Shown one piece after another: positions 57,232-64,000 of a stretch of DNA of 64,000 bases. Under the pieces are notes generated by a model. The model was not told where the DNA came from. It was given only the letters and a program-made list of their open reading frames with translations, and made no database searches. The DNA is from a virus. Each line of letters begins with the position of its first letter. Position 1 is the stretch's first letter. The stretch spans positions 24,691 through 88,690 of the IMG/VR virus record IMGVR_UViG_3300003691_000002. One strand, given 5' to 3'. The translations under genes were made by a program, and so were the position numbers.

Positions 57232-58749
57232 ATGAGTTTAGGTAAGTTTGTAATGACCAAAGGTAAAGCTTGGTCTGGGTTGACTCTAAAAAACCATATT
57301 GGTGCTATTTTTGGTAGTCAACCTCAACTGGTTTCTCCTCTTACAACTGTCCTTTTACAAAACTCAGGGATGAAGAATCTGGATACTACTCTTTCACTCT
57401 TTCCAGAGAAAACTCTTGAAACCTCTGATGATTTTGTTTGGAAAGTAGTAGGTAGTGACGAGCGTAATATTCCGCTGGTAGAAGCTAGATACGCAGGTGC
57501 AGTAGTTCAAAGTAGCGACACTGGAGTTGGTGCTGGTCGTACTGTAATTGAGTTAGTATTTGGTGAAAAGTGGTTTACTAAAGTTCATGTGATTGCTGGA
57601 AATTATCCTGATGAGTTCCAGTATCGCATCTTAGAAGAGCCATACGAAGAAGGTGGAAATTATGTTTATGTTGCCGAAGTGTTTGGTGGGCAAGAAACAT
57701 TAAATGGTGTACCTGGAAGTGACTTAGTTGGAGGCGTAAGATTTAGCATTGAGTCTGCTTACGTTGAAGATGAACTGTCTACTGAAGGTGCTGGAATTCA
57801 ATTTACTTCTCCATACTTAATGAGAAACAGCGTATCTACGCTTCGTTTCGAGCATAAAGTATCTGGAGCAATGATTGATATGAAAGTACAGCCAGTATAT
57901 TTTGCAGGTATTGAGACTAGAGACCCTAATACAGGTAAAACACATAAGTCTGTTACCTGGATGCAGGAAGTCTACTGGCAGTTTGAAAAAGCTATGTCAC
58001 GAGTTAAAGCTCGTACGCTTATGTTTGGTAAGACCAACCGTGATGAAAATGGTCGATTCCTTAACAAAGGAAAATCTAATATTGAAATTAAAGCTGGTTC
58101 TGGTATTAGGGAGCAGATGGAAGTATCTAACACTACTTCATATAACATCTTCTCTATCTCAATGCTAGAAGATTTGCTTTACGAACTTTCTGAAGGTAAG
58201 CTAGATTGGGGTGAGCGTAAGTTTATGCTCCGCACTGGAGAAAGAGGTGCTGCCCAATTCCACAGAGCTGTAACTAATGAAGCTTCAGGATGGACTGGTG
58301 TAGGATTTGATAACACCAATACAAATGCTATCCAGAAGACCTCTTCTATGTTCCACCCTAATGCTTACTCTGCTGGATTCCAGTTTACAGAGTGGAAAGC
58401 TCCTAACAACATTCACGTAATGTTGGAAGTAGACCCAATGTATGATGACAAGGTAAGAAACAAAATCTTCCACCCAGATGGAGGTGTAGCTGAGTCTTAT
58501 CGTTATGACATTCTTTACATTGGTTCTATGGAAGAGCCAAACATCCAGAAGATTAAAGTTCGTGGTGATGATGAATTAAGAGGTTACAAAGCTGGTATCA
58601 GAGACCCATTTACAGGTCGTAGAGGAGGAGTAATGCAACACATGGAAGATTCTAGTACTATGACTGCAATGTGCAGCTCTGGTGCAATGGTAAAAGATTC
58701 TTCTCGTACTGCTACTCTTAAACCTTCTATTCTGGCTGTAGTAGCTTAA
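57232..58749 (+). CDS. Major capsid protein (crAss-like)
   Basis: 505 aa; WSGLT..NH, GSGIREQ, TGERGA.QF, DPMYDD; codon bias of a highly expressed gene; position in the head module. Confidence 0.9.
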   Translation: MSLGKFVMTKGKAWSGLTLKNHIGAIFGSQPQLVSPLTTVLLQNSGMKNLDTTLSLFPEKTLETSDDFVWKVVGSDERNIPLVEARYAGAVVQSSDTGVGAGRTVIELVFGEKWFTKVHVIAGNYPDEFQYRILEEPYEEGGNYVYVAEVFGGQETLNGVPGSDLVGGVRFSIESAYVEDELSTEGAGIQFTSPYLMRNSVSTLRFEHKVSGAMIDMKVQPVYFAGIETRDPNTGKTHKSVTWMQEVYWQFEKAMSRVKARTLMFGKTNRDENGRFLNKGKSNIEIKAGSGIREQMEVSNTTSYNIFSISMLEDLLYELSEGKLDWGERKFMLRTGERGAAQFHRAVTNEASGWTGVGFDNTNTNAIQKTSSMFHPNAYSAGFQFTEWKAPNNIHVMLEVDPMYDDKVRNKIFHPDGGVAESYRYDILYIGSMEEPNIQKIKVRGDDELRGYKAGIRDPFTGRRGGVMQHMEDSSTMTAMCSSGAMVKDSSRTATLKPSILAVVA

Positions 58750-58769
58750 TAAAATGTATATTAACTAAG

Positions 58770-58804
58770 TAAGATACGGGGAGCTTAGTGCTCCCCAAAT
58801 CTTA
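58770..58804 (+). terminator. Stable hairpin after MCP (terminator or stabiliser)
   Basis: TAAGAT.CGGGGAGC-TTAGT-GCTCCCC..ATCTTA; lacks a clear U-tract. Confidence 0.55.
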
Positions 58805-58822
58805 TGATTTAAAGGGAGAAAA

Positions 58823-59668
58823 ATGGAAGAAAAGTTTAAACTACCTTCTCGTAGGGTAACAGTTAAGTTTGTTCCTAGAAAAAAAGGAATGGCTGCAAAT
58901 GTAGATGATAATCATGTAATTGCTGGAGGTATGTTGCCCAATGCAAAAGATACTTTTTATTGTCCATTGCAAAGGTCTGGTGGAATTGCTAACATTTTAA
59001 GTAAAAAAGAAAAAGAATATCTTGAACAAGAACTAGGATTAGACCTTTCTGTTTACGGAGATTTTTGGAAAACTTTTAATGTTAAATTAGGAAAGAGTGA
59101 TGCAGGTAATAGATTTGATACTAGCAATCCTCTTGAATTTATTTCACTAAGAATTTTAGAACAATATACAGATCAAATTGCTCCTTCTTGGAAAGAAAGA
59201 AAAAATAAGCCAAGTTATAAGTATGCTATTACTGAACAAGGGGAAGAGCAAGATGAAAAGAAAATAAAATTAGACTTAAAGAAAGAAGCTTTTAAGAAAT
59301 ATGGTAGAATTGAAGAAGATAAAGATGCTTTGATTGGTGTTCTTAAACTTCTGGAAAATAAACCAATTTCTAAAGAGTCCAAACTTTCTTGGATTCAAGG
59401 ACAAGTAGAAGCTTTCTTAGATCAACATCCTGGAAAGTTTGTACAACTTATGACTGACCCTTATTTAGAAACTAAATTGCTTTTAAATAAAGCTGTTGAA
59501 GCAGGGGCAGTTAAAAAGAATGGAAATTCTTATAGAACTATTGATGGATTAGATTTGTGCAATTCTGGGCAAAAACCTACCTTTAATAATGCTGTAAGAT
59601 TTTTAAATGAAGATAAAAACCAAGAAGTAAGACTTCTTATTGAGTCTAGAATTGAAAACAGTAACTAA
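58823..59668 (+). CDS. Conserved crAss-like head-module protein
   Basis: 281 aa directly downstream of MCP. Confidence 0.7.
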   Translation: MEEKFKLPSRRVTVKFVPRKKGMAANVDDNHVIAGGMLPNAKDTFYCPLQRSGGIANILSKKEKEYLEQELGLDLSVYGDFWKTFNVKLGKSDAGNRFDTSNPLEFISLRILEQYTDQIAPSWKERKNKPSYKYAITEQGEEQDEKKIKLDLKKEAFKKYGRIEEDKDALIGVLKLLENKPISKESKLSWIQGQVEAFLDQHPGKFVQLMTDPYLETKLLLNKAVEAGAVKKNGNSYRTIDGLDLCNSGQKPTFNNAVRFLNEDKNQEVRLLIESRIENSN

Positions 59669-60429
59669 TGACTGTAGCTGAGTTTAGTAACGAGTTTGAT
59701 ATTTACTATAATAGTATTTCTACTAATAGTTCACCTAATGTAGATGCATATGAAAAATCTGTGTATCTTACTAAGGCACAACTTGAGATAGTAAATAATT
59801 ATTTTAATCCTAGAGGTAATAAATACGGACAAGGATTTGAACAAAGTTCTAAACGAAGATTTGATCTTAATGAGTTAGTTAGACCTGGAGTAAGTACTGC
59901 AGAGGCTAGTAACTTTACAGATGAGGATAAAATATCTGAAGATTCTCAATTTTTTACAATACCTTTAGATTTATATATGTTTATACAAGAGAGTGCTAAA
60001 GTTTTTTCTGAAGATGCTTGTATAAATAATACTTATTTAGATGTAGTTCCAAAAACACATGATGAATATAACAATCAGATAAAAAATCCTTTTAAAAAAC
60101 CAGAAGATTCAGTAGTTTGGAGATTAGATATTTATTCTAAAGAAGGACTTTCCCAAGCGGAAAAAGCTGTAGAATTAATATCTCCACACACTGTAACTGA
60201 ATATAAGTTTAGGTATATTATAAGACCTGAACCAATTGTTTTAGTTGATTTAGCTGCAAATTTTCCGTATGAAAATTTAAGTATAGATGGAGTAACAGAT
60301 GCTCAAACATGTAAGCTTTCTGACCATATACATAGAGAAATACTTAACAGGGCTGTTGAAATGGCTGTTGCCGATTTAGCTCCTGGTAAGTTACAGCAAA
60401 AATTAACAATGAACGCAAGAAATGAATAA
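59668..60429 (+). CDS. Head-tail ring/adaptor protein
   Basis: EFS.EFD..YN, YEKS.YLTKAQ, Y...P.PI, C.L...IH.EI..RAVE.A; crAss ring-protein-like. Confidence 0.7.
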   Translation: MTVAEFSNEFDIYYNSISTNSSPNVDAYEKSVYLTKAQLEIVNNYFNPRGNKYGQGFEQSSKRRFDLNELVRPGVSTAEASNFTDEDKISEDSQFFTIPLDLYMFIQESAKVFSEDACINNTYLDVVPKTHDEYNNQIKNPFKKPEDSVVWRLDIYSKEGLSQAEKAVELISPHTVTEYKFRYIIRPEPIVLVDLAANFPYENLSIDGVTDAQTCKLSDHIHREILNRAVEMAVADLAPGKLQQKLTMNARNE

Positions 60430-60461
60430 TCTAATATAAACTTTTTAAAAATTATTAAACA

Positions 60462-61481
60462 ATGAGTGTATTTGGCCCAAACCAAGTAGAGGAGCTAATT
60501 ATTGGTAATGCGGTAGCTGCTGAAACTACCCTAGCCACTTTTATTGCTTCTGCTACTGATAAGGAAATTAAATGCTTATCTTCTAATGGGACTGCTCCTG
60601 CTAGTGGCGTAGATTTCTATGTTGTGCAGAAAACAGCTGACACTGGAGAAGCTGTTAATGGATATGAATTTAGTGATGTTGTTCCTGCTGACAAAGTAGA
60701 AAGTGTAATCTTAGCAGAGCATGAAGCAGAGACATTAAAAGCTGTTACTGTAAATGGTTTTGATGGTGCTGCTGCAGGTTCTGCAAATAAAACTTTTGCA
60801 GTAGAAATAAGAATCCTAAATGACGGAGGTTCTTTATCTCCTGAAAACTTCTCTATTGTTTCAGGTTACTATGTAACAGGTGCAACTGCTGCTACTGGAA
60901 CAGCTATTAGAGATGGTATCTTAGCAAGTCTTAATTATAATTTAAGCAAACGAGGTGGTAATGAACTAGTACTTACTACCCCTGATGTTGGAGAAACTGA
61001 CCTTGTTATTACTGGTGCTGCTCAAGCAGTAGTTCCTGGTAAGATTGTAGGTCGTCAAATTGAATTTGAAGTAACTGCTAAAGTATTTGACAATAACGCA
61101 GTTAATCAAACCAACCTTGGAGAGCTAGTAACTACTGTTGATGCTACTAATGACCCAGGAAAAGGAACTGGTAAGTATGCTGTTAACCTAGAATGGTTTA
61201 CTAAAGGATATAAGTATGAGGTATATCGTCAAACTGGCTATCCTGCTGACTTCACTGAAAGGACTCCTTTCTATGCTAGTCAAAGTGCTACTTATAACAG
61301 TATCCACATCAAGTATAAAAAAGATAGGATTTCTCCTACTTTAGAAGAGCAACCAAGAGTGCTTACTATTCTTGTAGTAAAAACTGATTTGGCTTCTAAC
61401 GCTAATACTAATGCGGTACTAGCAGATTTGAGAACTATCTTAGGTACAGGTAATGTACCTTCTGATCTAGCTACTAGCTAA
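60462..61481 (+). CDS. Structural protein (auxiliary capsid-like)
   Basis: 339 aa, Ala/Thr-rich; NQV, GK....LEWF..G...YR..GYP. Confidence 0.65.
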   Translation: MSVFGPNQVEELIIGNAVAAETTLATFIASATDKEIKCLSSNGTAPASGVDFYVVQKTADTGEAVNGYEFSDVVPADKVESVILAEHEAETLKAVTVNGFDGAAAGSANKTFAVEIRILNDGGSLSPENFSIVSGYYVTGATAATGTAIRDGILASLNYNLSKRGGNELVLTTPDVGETDLVITGAAQAVVPGKIVGRQIEFEVTAKVFDNNAVNQTNLGELVTTVDATNDPGKGTGKYAVNLEWFTKGYKYEVYRQTGYPADFTERTPFYASQSATYNSIHIKYKKDRISPTLEEQPRVLTILVVKTDLASNANTNAVLADLRTILGTGNVPSDLATS

Positions 61482-61507
61482 TCAGAAAGCTTTTATATAT
61501 CTGAATT

Positions 61508-61545
61508 TAAAGGAGGGTTGAGTCATTGACTCTTCTCTCCTTTAT
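61508..61545 (+). terminator. Terminator-like hairpin
   Basis: TAAAGGAGGG..GAGTC-ATT-GACTC..CTCTCCTTTA followed by a T-rich run. Confidence 0.6.
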
Positions 61546-61559
61546 AATTTTAAAAAATT

Positions 61560-62171
61560 ATGATATACATAAATAATTTTTCCATCTCAGATGATGGTAC
61601 AGAAATTTTAGTTTACGCAGAAACAGATGAAGGATATATATTAGACAGCCTTAATTTCTGGACAGATGCAACTTTTAAAAATGAAAGCGACGCTATTGAC
61701 CTAACTTCCTTATTATCTCAAACTTCTAATAAAGAAGTTTTTTCTATTACAGCTGAAGACGTTGGACTAACTACTTTTTTTGATGGTATATTTTTTATAG
61801 AATTTACTACTACTGCGCCTGATAATGGAGATGATTGTAATAATTGTAATAATCCATTAGGTGTAGCTACTAAATTAGTTTCTGCTTATCTTTGTCTTTT
61901 AGAGCACGTACTTGCTTTAGACGTATGTAAAATTGGATGTAGTAACACGGGATGTAGTTGTACCAGCTCTTGTCAAGTAACAAATATATATCAGCATATT
62001 AACGCATTATCTATAGCTTTAAAGCTTGGTACATACACTGAAGCTATATATTTATTAAACCAAATTCGTAAATTATGTACTACCTGTTCTGAGTGCCTAG
62101 ACTTGGATGGTTTTAGTGCTAATCAAGGATTAGGATATTATACTTCTAATAATATATTAGTTTTACAATAA
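61560..62171 (+). CDS. Cys-rich structural (tail hub/collar-like) protein
   Basis: 203 aa with clustered Cys, in the structural module. Confidence 0.55.
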   Translation: MIYINNFSISDDGTEILVYAETDEGYILDSLNFWTDATFKNESDAIDLTSLLSQTSNKEVFSITAEDVGLTTFFDGIFFIEFTTTAPDNGDDCNNCNNPLGVATKLVSAYLCLLEHVLALDVCKIGCSNTGCSCTSSCQVTNIYQHINALSIALKLGTYTEAIYLLNQIRKLCTTCSECLDLDGFSANQGLGYYTSNNILVLQ

Positions 62172-62431
62172 TGGACGCAGATTATAGAGATAAAGTTGTT
62201 TTAGGGACAGTATACAAAGCGAGTAAAAAAGCAAGTATATATGGTACTCTGTGTTTAAAAGAACTAGAAATATTAGATATAATTCTTTTTTTAAAAAATT
62301 ACTGTCCTGTGGAGTTATCTGATGAGCAAGATAAATGTTTAGAAGAAATGGCTTTAACTATACTTAGTAAGTATCCTGAAATTTGTACTTACAGAATTAA
62401 GAATCTTAATGATAAAAAATTTATAACATAA
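62171..62431 (+). CDS. Small structural protein
   Basis: 86 aa, coupled to the upstream gene. Confidence 0.55.
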   Translation: MDADYRDKVVLGTVYKASKKASIYGTLCLKELEILDIILFLKNYCPVELSDEQDKCLEEMALTILSKYPEICTYRIKNLNDKKFIT

Positions 62432-62432
62432 G

Positions 62433-64000
62433 ATGGCAACTATTATACCTTGTGAAAATATAGAACAAGAAGTAGATATTCTATTACAGAAGTTTAGAGC
62501 TTGTTACAAACCTACAGCAGAAGATTTAGATCAATTAAGTAATCTAGTTTATTCTGCTTCTTTGTGTGGTACGGGAGAAGGAAGTATTCCTACTTTTGAT
62601 CAAAATAACCTTTTCCCAGTAAAATCTACTGCACAAAATACAATTAGAATAAATGATCCTGCAACTGCAATTAATGCTTTACCTCAGTTTGTAGTCGATG
62701 AAAAAGAGATTATGATTTTTTATCATACTCGTACTATAGAAAGCGATGATTTACAAACTATATTTAGAAATGAATATTATGTTTTAAGAACAGGCAAGGG
62801 TACTTATGGGGCAGGGGGTACTGCAATTACTAATAATAATTTATTATTAATTAGGTTTACTGAAAGTACTTTAGGTACTCCTCCAGGCTCTACATCCCCC
62901 CCAAGAGTTTTGAATCTTTATGCCGATTCTACTGGGGGAGCTACTATTAGTACACCTCATACTATTCTAAACAACTTAGATGAGTTAATTACTATTACAG
63001 ACTCTCAAGATACTTATTTTGCAGTATATGAAACAGAAGCAGCTTTAGAGCCAGGGGCTTATAATCTATATAGATTTATAGGCGCTGCAGGGGATTATGG
63101 TAATGGTCCAGATGATTCTATTATTGGAGACTTTTTATTAATAGATACTATAGACCCTTCTGATGATAACAACACATCTAATGGTCAAATTAAAATTAGA
63201 GAAATAAATGTTCCAGCAATTATAGACCCAAATGGAACTTTTACTACTTTATCTGCTGCTATTAATGGAAGTTTTAACCAACAGATTAATGCTTCAGCAA
63301 ATGAAATTGTAATTTTTATTGCAGATTTTGTATCAGAAGAACCAGTACTAACTCCTACAGAAACTATTAATATAGTAACTCAAAAATGGGCTTGGAAAAA
63401 TGGAGAAGCTACAAGTATAAATACAGGCAGTACTGACGATGATTTTGTTTTAATTGAAACTGTAGGAACAACTACAGTTAATACTCCTGGAGGAGTTAAT
63501 CCTGCAGCAGTTTATTATGTTCAATGGAACGATGTAACAGATGTTAATGACGCAGTAGATGCTGTTAATTCTTTATCTGGTGCTGATAGAGTTGTATTAA
63601 ATGATAATTTAGTTTTAGTAAAAGTATCATTAGATGATGGTACTAATAATTATAAATTATGGGAATTTACAGGAGCAGTAGGAGGAAATGGAACTTATGG
63701 GGTTGCAGGTTCTACTGCAGTAGCTGGAGATTTCAATGGTACTCCCGTAGCAGACGGTACAGAATTTGATGGGGTTATAAAAGCTTCTAATGTATTGTAT
63801 GATGATACTGTAACTAATCTTGGAGTATTTAATGTACAAGAAGCTATTGAGGCTTTAGACACTGCTATAGATGCTGCAGTAAGCCCAACAGGTCTTGAAG
63901 CTATTAATGAAGGAAACGGAATTGGTTGGAGACTAATAGGACGTAATCCTGCTAACTATGGTAATATAGGAGCAAATTCTGTAGACTTTTCTAACTCTAC
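62433..64000 (+). CDS. Tail fibre / receptor-binding-like protein, 3'-truncated (not in ORF track)
   Basis: MATIIPCEN... frame checked at both ends; Thr/Gly/Asp-rich with repeated G(T/D)YG motifs; ends TGLEAINEGNGIGWRLIGRNPANYGNIG. Confidence 0.7.
   Translation, partial: MATIIPCENIEQEVDILLQKFRACYKPTAEDLDQLSNLVYSASLCGTGEGSIPTFDQNNLFPVKSTAQNTIRINDPATAINALPQFVVDEKEIMIFYHTRTIESDDLQTIFRNEYYVLRTGKGTYGAGGTAITNNNLLLIRFTESTLGTPPGSTSPPRVLNLYADSTGGATISTPHTILNNLDELITITDSQDTYFAVYETEAALEPGAYNLYRFIGAAGDYGNGPDDSIIGDFLLIDTIDPSDDNNTSNGQIKIREINVPAIIDPNGTFTTLSAAINGSFNQQINASANEIVIFIADFVSEEPVLTPTETINIVTQKWAWKNGEATSINTGSTDDDFVLIETVGTTTVNTPGGVNPAAVYYVQWNDVTDVNDAVDAVNSLSGADRVVLNDNLVLVKVSLDDGTNNYKLWEFTGAVGGNGTYGVAGSTAVAGDFNGTPVADGTEFDGVIKASNVLYDDTVTNLGVFNVQEAIEALDTAIDAAVSPTGLEAINEGNGIGWRLIGRNPANYGNIGANSVDFSNS

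Noticed and set aside
1704-63839. Short antisense or nested ORFs in the track (for example 1704-1916, 6742-7032, 13900-14097, 39442-39729, 40417-40722, 43352-43636, 44431-44733, 56008-56322, 63657-63839)
   Set aside because: They are shadow frames of well-supported genes or low-complexity intergenic DNA, with no recognisable motifs.
1-64000. Stop-codon reassignment as in some Crassvirales
   Set aside because: Long genes are intact in the standard code, TAG and TGA terminate ORFs at sensible boundaries, and no suppressor tRNA was seen.

Overview
AT-rich segment of a crAss-like (Crassvirales, phi14:2-like) phage of a Bacteroidota host, probably Flavobacteriaceae, using the standard genetic code. 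There are three blocks. (1) 1-10342 (+): end of the virion-cargo genes, with a 5'-truncated two-barrel virion RNA polymerase (DFDID motif, C-terminal SLOG domain) and a large zincin-motif protein. (2) 10435-43340 (-): early/replication block with NrdAB, ThyA, PolA, primase, DnaB-like helicase, Sak4/SSB, nucleases, a six-gene phiEco32-like peptide-ligase cluster and two tRNAs. (3) 43548-64000 (+): late block with Bacteroidota-type promoters, PhoH, GroES/GroEL, TerL, portal, major capsid protein and tail proteins. The main finding is that the replicative helicase gene is split inside its Walker A motif by a 2173-nt group I intron (32616-34788, minus strand). Its ribozyme core is scattered in pieces around five cargo ORFs, none recognisable as a homing endonuclease, and part of the catalytic core lies inside one ORF's coding sequence. 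Also notable is a candidate tandem-pseudoknot ncRNA at about 40735-40877. All calls come from reading motifs and base-pairing by eye; no searches or folding programs were run.
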